Shown one piece after another: positions 46,114-56,217 of a DNA stretch of 64,000 nucleotides. The stretch is taken from positions 64,001 to 128,000 of the forward strand of contig JBBRLQ010000016.1 in assembly GCA_038231275.1 (NCBI GenBank). The letters are read 5' to 3'. This stretch comes from Polyangiales bacterium. GTDB lineage: Bacteria > Myxococcota_A > Polyangia > Polyangiales > Polyangiaceae. Made by a program: the position numbers and the translations under genes. Every line of letters begins with the position of its first letter. The first letter of the stretch is position 1. Below the pieces are notes generated by a model. That model was not told the origin of the DNA. It saw only the letters and a list, made by a program, of their open reading frames with translations, and did no database searches.

Positions 46114-48945
46114 ATGCGCGAGACTCCCGGGTGGTCGCTCCTCGAAAAAGAGGCGCGCAGCGCGTTTCGAGGCAAGGGACGGCTCCCCCTACGCGCGTAC
46201 TCGGAGTTCATGCCCGCGCCCCACGTCGGGCTGAAGCCGTACGGGCTCTGGAAGGATCCCTCCATCGCCGTCGACGAGAACGGCTTCGCGATCACCGAGT
46301 ACGAGCAGGTGCAGGAGCTCGCGCCGGGACTCGCGCGCATCGCCGAGCACTTGATCGTGGAGCTCGAGAAGCTCGTTCGAGGCGAGGCGCACGCCCTCTC
46401 GAGGACGCTGCTCGAAGGCAACCCGGCGTGGCCGACCGAGCTCGCGGAGGCCGCGAAAGAAGGACGCCTGCGCGACGCCGTCACCCTCATGCTCCCCCTC
46501 GCGCTCTCACGAACGCAGGACGACAAGGGCAACGCGCGATGGACCCTCCTCGGCGTGAGTCACGAGGGACCGGCCGCGCCGTTCTGGCAGAGCTTCGGCG
46601 AGGACGATCGCGAGCGCTTCACGCAAATGCTCGCGTGGGCCGACGCCGGAACGCTCCAGGACGTGCACGTCCTCGCGAACCCGAACGAGGTCCCGTCGTG
46701 GCTCGCCGATCGCTTGCTCGTCGGACCGCCCGACGGCGTGAAGACGGTGATCGCGATGCGCCCGTTCGGCCAGCTCCCGGCGGCGGTGCGCAAAGCCTAC
46801 CTGGCGCGCACGCTTCGCCTCGTGCCTTCGCCGGCGAGCTTCGTCTTCTCCGAGCATCCTCACTACAAAAAGCTCGCGGGCGAGATCCCGCGCGCGACGC
46901 AGATCCCGCTGCTCCACGTGTTTCCCCGCTGCGAGGGGGGCTACGCCGTGCGCATCCCGCAGTCGGGCTGGCTCGACGAGAAGGCGACCGAGGAAGGCGG
47001 ACACCGCATCGTCTCGCACGTCGCACGCACGCACCGATGGGAGCGTGTCCCGCGCGACCAGGGCTTGCACGATCGCGAGGCGTTCCTCGATCAGGTGAGC
47101 GTCGCGCTCTTCTCGACCGACGAGAAGGATCTCGGTCTCTACGGAAAGCCTATGGCGCGTAACGCGCAGATCTGGACCGAGCACTACCGGCGCGTCCTCG
47201 ACGGCCCGCGCGGCGGACGGCGCGACATCGAGCTCGCGGCGCGGCTGATCGAGGGTGGCGGTCGCTATGGCTACCGGTTCCTCTTCCCGCCGATGCGTGC
47301 GGGCACGCGCGAGCTCACGTGGCACCGTCCCCTCGTCGCACGCCGCGACGCCTCGCACGGAATCTCGGTGTTCGATGACGGGCCGCCGCTCGGTTACATC
47401 TCCGCCGATCCGTTGGAGAACACGAGCACCGGCGCGCGCGTGACCCTCGCGCCGCGCATCCTCTCGCGACGCGGTCATCGCGAGGCGGCCGCCCTCTTTC
47501 CGCACGAGCACGGCCGGCAGAAGTGGACCACGACGCACAACGCCCGCAAGCTCCTCGAGTTCCGGGAAGTCCTCGGCGACACGCTCACCCCCTCCCTCGC
47601 GCGCGCGCTCCTCCATGTGTCGAAGGACACGACGCTCGAAGACTGGCTCGAGGCGCTCGCCGACGTCGCCGTCGACGAAGCAGGCGGCGCCCTCCTCGCG
47701 GCAGTCCTCGAGGCGTGCGTCGGCGACGAGCACCCGCCGGGGCCCGCGCGAACCTTCGATCGCACCGCGTCGCGCACCTTCGAGGAGCACGTGTGGCGCA
47801 CCATCACGTCGCTGTGCGAGGGCGAGTTCCGCCAAAAGGAGAACGCGGACGGCGTGCGCTCCAACGAGGGGCGCACCGGCGGTCCCGCGGCGGCGGCGGC
47901 CCACGTCACGACCGACGCGCGCCGCGATCTCGACAAGCTGGCCGACCACCTCCACGCGCGGTACCGCGCGCTCGCCAAGAAGAGCGGCATGTCGGACTAC
48001 GCCAAATCGTACGATCACGTCTTCACGTGGGAGACCGACTCCGACTACCCGTGGTCGCTCGGCTGGGCGAAAAACCAGACGGGCGAGCTCAAGGAACGGA
48101 ACGTCGTCTTCGTGATCCCCGGGAAAAACAGGGCAGAAGCCGTCATCATGGCCGACCACTACGACACGGCGTACATGGAGGACGTGTACGAGGCCGACCG
48201 CGGCGGCGACGGCCTGCGCGCGGCGGCATCGGGCGCCGACGACAACCACTCGGCGACGACGGCGCTCCTCTCGGCGGCCGACATCCTGCTCACCATGAGC
48301 AAAGCCGGCAAGCTCGCGCGCGACGTCTGGCTCGTTCATTTGACGGGCGAAGAGTTCCCCGCCGACTCGCTCGGTGCGCGCGCGCTCGTGCAGGAGCTCG
48401 TCGAGGAGCGGCTCGTCTTCACCGGCGAGGACGGCGCGACGCTCCACGCATCGAAGGTCAAGATCGTCGCCGCCTTCATCCTCGACATGATCGGCCACAA
48501 CACCGAGCGCGAGCGCGACGTCTTCCAGATCGCGCCCGGCGAAGGCCCTGCGTCCGCGCGGCTGGCGACGTACGCCCACCTTGCCAACGAGCGGTGGAAC
48601 CAGGGGACCGCGAAGTGGAACGAGAAGCCGCTGCGCAGGGGCATGGGCCGCGCCAAGCGCATGAAGGACGGCAAAGAGATCCCCCCAGAGTTCGAGCACC
48701 TCGCGCTCCGCGGCGAGATCCGCGCGGAGTGGGAGCCGCGCTCGGCGCTCTACAACACCGATGGGCAAGTCTTCTCGGACGTCGGCATCCCCGTCGTCCT
48801 CTTCATGGAGAACTACGACATCAGCCGCACCGGCTACCACGACACGCTGGACACCATGGCCAACATCGATCTCGACTACGCGGCGGCCCTCACGGCGATC
48901 GCGATCGAGACGGTCGCCGAGGTGGCCTGCCGACCAGAGGTCTAG
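46114..48945 (+). CDS. M28 family metallopeptidase with long uncharacterised N-terminal region
   Basis: ADHYDT, GADDNHSA, TGEEF, LDMIG and GYHD zinc-site motifs in the C-terminal third. Confidence 0.85.
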   Translation: MRETPGWSLLEKEARSAFRGKGRLPLRAYSEFMPAPHVGLKPYGLWKDPSIAVDENGFAITEYEQVQELAPGLARIAEHLIVELEKLVRGEAHALSRTLLEGNPAWPTELAEAAKEGRLRDAVTLMLPLALSRTQDDKGNARWTLLGVSHEGPAAPFWQSFGEDDRERFTQMLAWADAGTLQDVHVLANPNEVPSWLADRLLVGPPDGVKTVIAMRPFGQLPAAVRKAYLARTLRLVPSPASFVFSEHPHYKKLAGEIPRATQIPLLHVFPRCEGGYAVRIPQSGWLDEKATEEGGHRIVSHVARTHRWERVPRDQGLHDREAFLDQVSVALFSTDEKDLGLYGKPMARNAQIWTEHYRRVLDGPRGGRRDIELAARLIEGGGRYGYRFLFPPMRAGTRELTWHRPLVARRDASHGISVFDDGPPLGYISADPLENTSTGARVTLAPRILSRRGHREAAALFPHEHGRQKWTTTHNARKLLEFREVLGDTLTPSLARALLHVSKDTTLEDWLEALADVAVDEAGGALLAAVLEACVGDEHPPGPARTFDRTASRTFEEHVWRTITSLCEGEFRQKENADGVRSNEGRTGGPAAAAAHVTTDARRDLDKLADHLHARYRALAKKSGMSDYAKSYDHVFTWETDSDYPWSLGWAKNQTGELKERNVVFVIPGKNRAEAVIMADHYDTAYMEDVYEADRGGDGLRAAASGADDNHSATTALLSAADILLTMSKAGKLARDVWLVHLTGEEFPADSLGARALVQELVEERLVFTGEDGATLHASKVKIVAAFILDMIGHNTERERDVFQIAPGEGPASARLATYAHLANERWNQGTAKWNEKPLRRGMGRAKRMKDGKEIPPEFEHLALRGEIRAEWEPRSALYNTDGQVFSDVGIPVVLFMENYDISRTGYHDTLDTMANIDLDYAAALTAIAIETVAEVACRPEV

Positions 48946-48955
48946 GAGCGTTCCG

Positions 48956-49333
48956 ATGCGAAGAATCGTCCAGATCGTGGCGTGGCTGAACGCGGCGTTC
49001 GGTGTTGCCGTGGGATTGCTCGCGGTGGCGAGCCCGGTCGCGGCGGCGGGGGCGTTCAAGGTGACCGTCGACTCGGCGGCGATGTTGGCGCTGATTCGGA
49101 TGTTCGGTGGCCTCCTCGCATCGAGCGGCATCGTGTCGATGCTCGTCGCGCGCGATCCCGACGGCCACCCGGCCCTCGTGCGCGCGTACGCCGGGTGCCT
49201 GGTCCTCAACGTCGCGACCGACGGCCTCGTGATCGCGTCGGGTCAGATGCGCTTCGATCAGGTCGCGAGCGGCATGCTCCTCGAGCTGCTCCTCGCGGTG
49301 CTCCTCTTCGCGTACCGGCCGCGAGCTGCGTGA
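48956..49333 (+). CDS. Small four-helix membrane protein
   Basis: AGGAG RBS; four hydrophobic segments; RMFGG motif. Confidence 0.75.
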   Translation: MRRIVQIVAWLNAAFGVAVGLLAVASPVAAAGAFKVTVDSAAMLALIRMFGGLLASSGIVSMLVARDPDGHPALVRAYAGCLVLNVATDGLVIASGQMRFDQVASGMLLELLLAVLLFAYRPRAA

Positions 49334-49396
49334 CCGACGGATTGCTGAAGAACTAGCTCCGCCAGGGGACGGGATCCTTCGGGCCGAGGCTCGCCA

Positions 49397-49585
49397 TCAT
49401 GCGGCCTGGTAGAAGCTGCAGAGGTGCGCCATGCGCTCGGCGAGGACAACGTCGGCGATCGGCGTCTCGTAGGGAAGGACGATGAAGAGCCGACCGCGCT
49501 CGAGCGCCACGCCGGCGCCGATGCCGAGGACTGCCCTAACCGTCGGAAATTCCCCGCACTTGTCGAGCTTCGCCGCGTCTTTCAT
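49397..49585 (-). CDS. Small hypothetical protein (62 aa)
   Basis: GAGG RBS then MKDAAKLDKC; GC3-biased codons; fills an intergenic gap. Confidence 0.5.
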   Translation of the reverse strand: MKDAAKLDKCGEFPTVRAVLGIGAGVALERGRLFIVLPYETPIADVVLAERMAHLCSFYQAA

Positions 49586-49639
49586 GTCTGGCCTCGAAGG
49601 ATTGACACCCTGACCGCACGGGTGTCGCACGGGCGGAGC

Positions 49640-50743
49640 TCATTTTACGAGGATCTGCTCCACCTCGCGGTAGATGCGCTTTCTCCACTGCGCGAGCGGC
49701 GAGTCGCCGGCGTGGAGGCGCGCGGTCTCCGCGAGGACCAGATCGAGCGGCGTGGCGACGACGTACGGGTCGTGCTCGACGGCGGGTGATGTGACGCCGG
49801 GGCCGGTCCATCCGACCATGAAATCGGTCTTGCCGGCGGCGAGCTCACGGACCGCGGCGTTGGCGAGGCGCGCGCCGAGGAGCCGATCGAACGCGGTGGG
49901 CGCGCCGCCGCGGACGACGTGGCCGAGGACGGTGACGCGCGTGTCGACGTCGGCGATGATGGCACGCATCTTCTCGTCGACGCGGACCTTCAGCTCGTTC
50001 AGATCCATCTTGACGCCCTCGGACTTGAGGACGAGGACGCGGCGCTTGCCGGTGTTGGCCTGGTACGCGCGCGTCATCGTCTGGACGACCTGATCGACGA
50101 TCGCGTCGTCGTCCTTGCCGACCTCGCGCACGAGCACGCAGTCGGCACCGGCGGCGATGCCGGCGGTCATCGCGAGGTAGCCCATGTCGCGTCCCATCAC
50201 CTCGACGAAGAAGGTGCGGCGGTGCGCGGTGGCGGTGTCGAAGATGCGATCGCACGCCTCGACGATCGTGTTCATCGCGGTGTCGACGCCGATGGCCATC
50301 GACGTGCAGCCGAGATCGTTGTCGATCGACGCGGGGATGCCGGCAACGAGGAGGCGCTCTCCGTCGTGCGTCGTGGCCCCTTCGAGCGTGCGCGCGCCGG
50401 CGAGCGATCCGTTGCCGCCGACGACCAAGAGCGCGCGGATGTGGTGCTTCGCGATCTGCTCGCGCGCGAGGGTCTGGCCTTCCGGCGTCGGGAAGACTTT
50501 GCTGCGCGCGGTCCCGAGGACGGTGCCCCCACGACGCGACGCCTCATCGAGCGCGTACACGTCGAGGGGAACGATGCGGCCGGCCATCAGCCCGACGTAG
50601 CCTTCCTCGACGCCCACGATCTCGAGGCCGAGCTGAGCACCGACGCGCGCGGCGCCGCGGAGGGCGGCGTTCATGCCGGGTGCGTCTCCGCCGGAGGTGA
50701 GGAGCGCGAGGCGATCGCCGGCGACGAGGCTCTTGGTGCTCAT
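49640..50743 (-). CDS. pfkA: 6-phosphofructokinase
   Basis: LTSGGDAPGMNAA, GGTVLGTARS, GGNGS, SIDND, EVMGR, LGHVVRGG. Confidence 0.95.
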   Translation of the reverse strand: MSTKSLVAGDRLALLTSGGDAPGMNAALRGAARVGAQLGLEIVGVEEGYVGLMAGRIVPLDVYALDEASRRGGTVLGTARSKVFPTPEGQTLAREQIAKHHIRALLVVGGNGSLAGARTLEGATTHDGERLLVAGIPASIDNDLGCTSMAIGVDTAMNTIVEACDRIFDTATAHRRTFFVEVMGRDMGYLAMTAGIAAGADCVLVREVGKDDDAIVDQVVQTMTRAYQANTGKRRVLVLKSEGVKMDLNELKVRVDEKMRAIIADVDTRVTVLGHVVRGGAPTAFDRLLGARLANAAVRELAAGKTDFMVGWTGPGVTSPAVEHDPYVVATPLDLVLAETARLHAGDSPLAQWRKRIYREVEQILVK

Positions 50744-50772
50744 CGGCCCACGATAGCCGACCGCGCGCGCGA

Positions 50773-51957
50773 TTACCGCGCCCGGTGCACGCGCAAGAGG
50801 CTCTCCTCGGCTGGCACGCCGAGCCGCAGCGGGAAGCCGTAGTGCCCGGTCCCGCGATGGACCCACATCCGATCCTTCCCCCGCGCCCAGAAGCCGTGAT
50901 CGGGGATTTTTAGCCCAAAAATGCGCAAGAACGTCCACGAGAGGCCGAGGCTCAGGAGCCCGACCTGGCCGCCGTGCGTGTGGCCTGAGAGGACGAGGTC
51001 CCCTTCCCCCGCCGGCAAATGCTTGAACGCGCCCGGATCGTGGAGCATCACGATGCGCGTCATCCCCGCCTTGCGCGGGTGCTCGGCGCAGACGCGCGCG
51101 AGGTGAACGTCGCGGCCGCGCCACACGAAGTCCATGCCGACGATCTGAACGCGCCCGGCCTCGGTGTCGATCTCGTGCGCGTCGTCGACGAGCAGCGTGA
51201 TGCCGTTGTGATCCATCGCGCGGGCGACGACCGCGGGCGCTTCGTGATCGTGATTTCCGTTGCACGCGAAGACGCGGCCCGGCATCGCGCGGAGCGGCGC
51301 CAGCGCGTCGCGGAGGAGATCGGGATCGCTCTGCGACTCCATGGTGAGAAAATCGCCGGTGAGGAGCACGAGATCGGGCTTGGCGGCCACCGCGCGCTCG
51401 GCGATGCGGCGAAGGCGCGCGACGCTCATGAACGGCCCCAAGTGAGGATCCGAAATTTGCACGATGCGGAGCGGACGCTCTTCGCGGGCGTCGCCACGCG
51501 GGTGCGGCATCGGGGCCGCCGCGTCGTGCCACTCGCCGACGACGAGATCGATCTCTTCGCGCTTCGTGGTGAGCGACTGCACGAGCCCGAACGCCGCCAA
51601 CGCGTACGGCAGCCACGGCGCCCACGGAGAGAAGCCGAGCGCGAAGAGCACCGCCCACGGGAGCGCGAGGAGCGTGCCCGCAACGAAGAACGACGCCGGC
51701 CAGCTCACGAGCAGGCGGTAGAGGAGCGGGCGCATGCGCGGGCGCGACAGCGCGAGGAAATTCAGGAACACGGCCACGTGCAGCGCCGCGAAGACCGGCA
51801 GGACGCGCGCGAACGCGGGAGCCATGGCCAACGCCGACAGCGAGTAGATGCCGACCAGCACGCCGACGAACATCGCGAACCGCCGCGTTCGCCCGAGCAG
51901 CGCCACCGCGACGACCGTGAGCCACCCGCCGAGCGTGAGCGCGCCGAACCAAGACAT
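50773..51957 (-). CDS. Membrane-anchored calcineurin-like metallophosphoesterase
   Basis: SDPHLG, TGD, GNHD, HDP, SGHTHGGQ; N-terminal TM helices. Confidence 0.92.
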   Translation of the reverse strand: MSWFGALTLGGWLTVVAVALLGRTRRFAMFVGVLVGIYSLSALAMAPAFARVLPVFAALHVAVFLNFLALSRPRMRPLLYRLLVSWPASFFVAGTLLALPWAVLFALGFSPWAPWLPYALAAFGLVQSLTTKREEIDLVVGEWHDAAAPMPHPRGDAREERPLRIVQISDPHLGPFMSVARLRRIAERAVAAKPDLVLLTGDFLTMESQSDPDLLRDALAPLRAMPGRVFACNGNHDHEAPAVVARAMDHNGITLLVDDAHEIDTEAGRVQIVGMDFVWRGRDVHLARVCAEHPRKAGMTRIVMLHDPGAFKHLPAGEGDLVLSGHTHGGQVGLLSLGLSWTFLRIFGLKIPDHGFWARGKDRMWVHRGTGHYGFPLRLGVPAEESLLRVHRAR

Positions 51958-52000
51958 GCGCAGCTAAGATGCACCGGGAGGCCGCCCGGTGTCAGCCCCC

Positions 52001-52840
52001 TCACGCGCGAGGGGCGAAGAGGCCGTCGACATATGCGTACGGCAGCGCCTCGCCCGCGACGCCGAACGTGCCGAGATCGCGCAGCTCCTCCGCCAGGCGC
52101 CGCAGCCGGGCGAGGACCACGCTCGCGGTCACGTGGCCGAGGCTCACGCGCGCGACGCCGAGGCGCGCGAGCTCCGCGACGCTGGGCGTCCCCGCGCCGG
52201 CGAGGACGTTGAGCGGCGCGTCGATCCCGTGGGCCAGCGCGGCGAGCGTCGCGGCGTCGGTCACCCCCGGGACGAAGATCCCGTCGGCGCCGGCCGCGCG
52301 GTACGCCGCTGCGCGCTCGGTCGCGAGGCGCACGCGATGGGCCTCGTCGCCGACCTTCCGGAGGAACACGTCGGTTCGCGCGTTGAGGAAGAAGCGCACG
52401 CCCGCGCCATCCGCGGCTGCGCGCGCTTCGCGGACGTGCTCGACCGCCTCGGCCACGGGGAGGAGCGGCGACGCCGGATCCCGCGTCCCGTCCTCGAGGT
52501 TCATCCCGACCGCACCCACCTCGAGCGCCGCCCGCACAGCGCCGCCGACGTCGCCATAGCCGGCTTCGAGATCGGCGGTCACGGGGACCCGCACCGCGCG
52601 GACGATGCGCTCGACGGCAGCGAGCATCTCGTCACGCGTGAGCCGCTCCCCGTCGCCCTTCCCGAGTGACCACGCCACCGACGCGCTCGACGTCGCGAGC
52701 GCAGGGAAGCCCGCCTCCTCCACGATCCGCGCGCTCATGGCGTCCCACACGTTGGGGAGGACCAGCACGCGGGAGCGATCGTGGAGGGACTGCAAGAGAT
52801 CGGCGCGCGCGGCGACGGTCGATGCGTACGAGGTGCTCAT
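52001..52840 (-). CDS. Isocitrate lyase/PEP mutase family protein
   Basis: LPNVWDAMSAR, ATSSA, TADLEAGYG, NLED, NARTD, AGADGIFVPG. Confidence 0.92.
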   Translation of the reverse strand: MSTSYASTVAARADLLQSLHDRSRVLVLPNVWDAMSARIVEEAGFPALATSSASVAWSLGKGDGERLTRDEMLAAVERIVRAVRVPVTADLEAGYGDVGGAVRAALEVGAVGMNLEDGTRDPASPLLPVAEAVEHVREARAAADGAGVRFFLNARTDVFLRKVGDEAHRVRLATERAAAYRAAGADGIFVPGVTDAATLAALAHGIDAPLNVLAGAGTPSVAELARLGVARVSLGHVTASVVLARLRRLAEELRDLGTFGVAGEALPYAYVDGLFAPRA

Positions 52841-52903
52841 GCCTCCGAGGTAGCACCGCGCGTCCGACGCGTGTGACGGAATTCGAGCGAACGGCGGACG
52901 CGC

Positions 52904-53623
52904 TCAGCGCGGGCCTTCGACCGTACCTTCGCGGGAGAACGCAGGGAGGAGCAGCGCGCCGCCCCCGATCGCTATCGCGCCGCCGAGCGCGATCCCGCCG
53001 ATGCCCGTGCCGAGCAAGAGGTCTTGGTGGTCAGGAGCGGCCGACGAGCGGGAGGCGAGCGCATAGCTACCGAGCGCCCCCACGGCCACGCCGGCCAACA
53101 TGAGCGCGATGCCGGCGCCGGTGCTGCTCGTTGGTCTCGTGCGGACGTCGACGACGTTGCTCGCGGGCGTGACGACCTCGAGCACGTTCGGGGCCGCGCC
53201 GACCGACCTCAGCGTGCCGGTCGCGAGGTCGTCGTAGCGGTAGGCGATCTTCACGCGCACGAGGTCGTGGTCGACCACGACGGCCTCTCCCGCTCGCCCG
53301 AAGGTCGTGAGCCGCCCGTCCGACGTGACGATGGTAGTCGGTGGGGTCCAAAGGCATGTCGAGCAGCGCAGCGCGATCCCGCCTGCCCCGGTCCGGATGG
53401 CGTCGACCTCTCCTGCTCCACGACGACGCCCCCACGTCGCGGGAACACGCACCTCGACGGGGGATGCGGAGGCGGGCAGCAACGTCTGCGAGCCCTCTTC
53501 AGCTGGAAATTCCAGCGAAAGAGCGGTGGGATCATGCACGCGTATCATGGACGTCTGGTCGGGCGCTGCGCACGCGACGAGCGCGAGGCAGACCCCCGAC
53601 ACTCCGATGGACGAAGGATTCAT
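52904..53623 (-). CDS. Hypothetical lipoprotein/membrane protein
   Basis: MNPSSIGVSGVCLALVAC; two C-terminal Gly-rich TM helices; sigma54 motif directly upstream. Confidence 0.7.
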   Translation of the reverse strand: MNPSSIGVSGVCLALVACAAPDQTSMIRVHDPTALSLEFPAEEGSQTLLPASASPVEVRVPATWGRRRGAGEVDAIRTGAGGIALRCSTCLWTPPTTIVTSDGRLTTFGRAGEAVVVDHDLVRVKIAYRYDDLATGTLRSVGAAPNVLEVVTPASNVVDVRTRPTSSTGAGIALMLAGVAVGALGSYALASRSSAAPDHQDLLLGTGIGGIALGGAIAIGGGALLLPAFSREGTVEGPR

Positions 53624-53636
53624 GGTCGCCCTGAAG

Positions 53637-53652
53637 AGCAACCGCCGTGCCC
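53637..53652 (-). promoter_or_regulatory. Putative sigma54 promoter
   Basis: Minus strand GGGCACGGCGGTTGCT (GGCACG-N4-TTGCT). Confidence 0.75.
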
Positions 53653-53655
53653 GCG

Positions 53656-56040
53656 TTACTGGCAAACGTTGGTCATCGTCGGCGCGTCGAGCTTCAGCGT
53701 CGCGAGCGGGGCGTCGAGCTTCGACACGTCGTGCGCGAGGATGCCGCCGTACGAGATCGAGTAGACGACGTTCTCGACGAAGATGCCGCGGCGGACCGCG
53801 CCGTCGAAGTAGCCGCCGCAGTAGCCGTAGTTGCCGTTCGCCAGCGTGCCGACGAGCGAGCTGTGATCGACCGCGCCGAGCTGCGTGATGCCCTCGCTCA
53901 CGCCGACCTTGAACACCTGCAGCGTGCTCGACTGCTTGGAGTTGCCGTAGGTGCCCTGGTGCACGTAGGGGAACGCGAGGAGCTTCTTGTCGTCGAAGTA
54001 CGTGAACGCCTTGTGCTCCTCCATCGCCTCGCTCTGCGCGTAGTCGCCGCCGTCGAAGACGAACTTGTGCTGGCGCCTCGGCTGGAGCGGGTTCGTGACG
54101 TCGAAGACCTGGAGCGCGATGCCGTACCAGTAGCTGCCGTCGTGCTGGTGGCCCGTCATGTCGGTCTCGCGGCCGATCGTGAGCAGGTGGTTGTCGTCGA
54201 GCGGGTGGATGTACGTGCTGAATCCAGGGATCTGCACTTGGCCAAGCACCTTGACGTGGTGGCTGTCGGCGACGTCGACGACGAAGAGCGGGTCGGTGAC
54301 GTGCCACGTGACGATGTATGCGCGGTCGCCGACGAAGCGTGTGGAGTAGAGCTGCTCGCCGGGCGCGATGTCGCCGGCGTCGCCGGTGATGGCGAATTTG
54401 CCCTGCTGGTTCTCGAGCGCGAAGACGTGGCTGACCTCGTTCGATTTGCCGTCGGTGCGCGAGGGGCCGCTGAACTGCTCGGTGGTGGCGACGCGGACGA
54501 CGCCGTTGCGCTCGTCGAGCGCGAACTGATCCTTCACGTCGCCGGGGACGGTGCCCGAGCCGACGTAGAGCGCGGTCGTGGGATCGCTCATCAGATCGAA
54601 CGCATGGAGGTGCGTGAAGTTCATCGTCTGCACCGGGATGACCGGCGGCTGCGACGCGATCCCGATGCCACTGCCCGCGTTCGGGACCGGCGGCGGGTAG
54701 GCCTGACGGAGGACCCACGGGTCGACGTACGCGTGGCTGGCGAGCACCATCGCGCTCGCGTTGCCGTAGACGGTGCTGGCAGAGCCGAGGATCGTCGTCG
54801 CGCGCGGGAGGGCGTCGGGCGCGTCGAGATCGATGCTCTCGATCTGCGTCATGCCGGACTCGGTCGTGCCGGCCGTCGGCACGTAGAAGTCCGCGCACTG
54901 CGTCGGCGTCGCGGTGACCGTCGCGCCGTTCTTGACGAACGACGTCGGGACCCAGTCGGCGTACGTCGTGTTCGCGATGATCGCGAGGTTCTTCCCGCGG
55001 AGCGTCTCCCACGCGGCGATCTGCGCGTCGGTCGTCGGCGCAACGTACGGCTGCGGTTGCGGCTGCGGCTGCGGCTGGCCCTTCCCGCTGCCAACCGGCG
55101 TGGTGGCGTCGGGCGTGCTCTGTGAGAAATCGGGCGAGTACGTGAGGACCGGGCCGTGGCCGCCGCCGTTGAGGATCGCGCGTACCTTCGCGTCCACGCG
55201 GCGCGACGTCGAGTACTCGCCTTCGAAGTAGAGCTCGCGCGTCGCGGTGACGCCGGCCTCCGAGACTTGGAGGACGGTGATCTTGGTGAGCGGGTTCGCG
55301 CCGATGCCACCGCCGCCGCCTCCGGGATACGGCGGGGTCGCCACGCCGCCCGCCGGTGCGCCGCCGGTCATCGCGATGCCGCCGCCGCCGTAGCCGCCGC
55401 CGTAGGGCGTGTAGCCGTCGGTGTAGGGCGCGCGCGGCGTGACGCCGGCCGCCGAGTAGACCGGAGCGCCGTCGACGCGCGAGAACACGACGACGCGTCC
55501 GTTGGCGACGAACATCTCGCTCGGGAGCCCTTCGATCTTCGCCTTGGCGATCGCGCCCAGCGCAGTCGCCGGCCACGAATTGACGACCATGAACTCGTCG
55601 CCGTGGAGGAGATAAATGTGGTTGCCGTCGGTCTTGACGATGTCCGCCTCGTCGACGCCCTTCACTTGCGTCTCGGTGTCGGAGTGCGCCGGCGCAGGGG
55701 CCGGAGTCGACGTCGCGCCGCCCGCGCCGCCCGTCTGCGGAGGCGCCGCCGTACCCGCGTTCTTGTCTCCCTCGCCGTAGCCGCCGGAACCGTAGCCGTA
55801 GCCCCACCCCTGGCGGAGCGCGCGAATCTCGGCGTCGACACGGCGGTTCAACTTCGAACGCGCGTCGTCACGCAGCGCCGAGGTCAGGTCCTCGCAGGAC
55901 CGCGTGCGCTGGAGCGTCGCCTTTGTCAGGTCGATCGGCGCGACGCTCGCCTTGGAGCCGGAGCAGCCCGAAAGTGCTCCACACGAGACGCCCGCAGCGA
56001 TCAGGAAGGAGAGGGAGGTGAGGGAGGTCTTCGTGTTCAT
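53656..56040 (-). CDS. Secreted beta-propeller domain lipoprotein
   Basis: Lipobox LSGC; TETQVKGVDEADIVKTDG, QFALDE, GEQLYSTRF, DPLFVVD, IPGFSTYIHP, HKAF. Confidence 0.9.
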   Translation of the reverse strand: MNTKTSLTSLSFLIAAGVSCGALSGCSGSKASVAPIDLTKATLQRTRSCEDLTSALRDDARSKLNRRVDAEIRALRQGWGYGYGSGGYGEGDKNAGTAAPPQTGGAGGATSTPAPAPAHSDTETQVKGVDEADIVKTDGNHIYLLHGDEFMVVNSWPATALGAIAKAKIEGLPSEMFVANGRVVVFSRVDGAPVYSAAGVTPRAPYTDGYTPYGGGYGGGGIAMTGGAPAGGVATPPYPGGGGGGIGANPLTKITVLQVSEAGVTATRELYFEGEYSTSRRVDAKVRAILNGGGHGPVLTYSPDFSQSTPDATTPVGSGKGQPQPQPQPQPYVAPTTDAQIAAWETLRGKNLAIIANTTYADWVPTSFVKNGATVTATPTQCADFYVPTAGTTESGMTQIESIDLDAPDALPRATTILGSASTVYGNASAMVLASHAYVDPWVLRQAYPPPVPNAGSGIGIASQPPVIPVQTMNFTHLHAFDLMSDPTTALYVGSGTVPGDVKDQFALDERNGVVRVATTEQFSGPSRTDGKSNEVSHVFALENQQGKFAITGDAGDIAPGEQLYSTRFVGDRAYIVTWHVTDPLFVVDVADSHHVKVLGQVQIPGFSTYIHPLDDNHLLTIGRETDMTGHQHDGSYWYGIALQVFDVTNPLQPRRQHKFVFDGGDYAQSEAMEEHKAFTYFDDKKLLAFPYVHQGTYGNSKQSSTLQVFKVGVSEGITQLGAVDHSSLVGTLANGNYGYCGGYFDGAVRRGIFVENVVYSISYGGILAHDVSKLDAPLATLKLDAPTMTNVCQ

Positions 56041-56052
56041 GGCCACCCCTAT

Positions 56053-56069
56053 CGCAAGGCCGAGGCCAG
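56053..56069 (-). promoter_or_regulatory. Putative sigma54 promoter
   Basis: Minus strand CTGGCCTCGGCCTTGCG (GG-N10-GC). Confidence 0.65.
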
Positions 56070-56217
56070 TCAACTGCATCGGCGTAACCATTGAATATGG
56101 CGTGGGATCCTTCCGGTGGCCACGCGGGTGTCCCTGAACGCTGCGCCGCTCCATGGCGCTGGATGGCACACCTTAGCCACCCCCGTGGCACGCCGACATT
56201 TGCTATGTCATCGCGCC

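Noticed and set aside
49640..50743. PPi-dependent phosphofructokinase, suggested by the GGNGS/SIDND variants
   Set aside because: Gly at the 104-equivalent and no Lys at the 124-equivalent fit the ATP-dependent type; the variants are minor.
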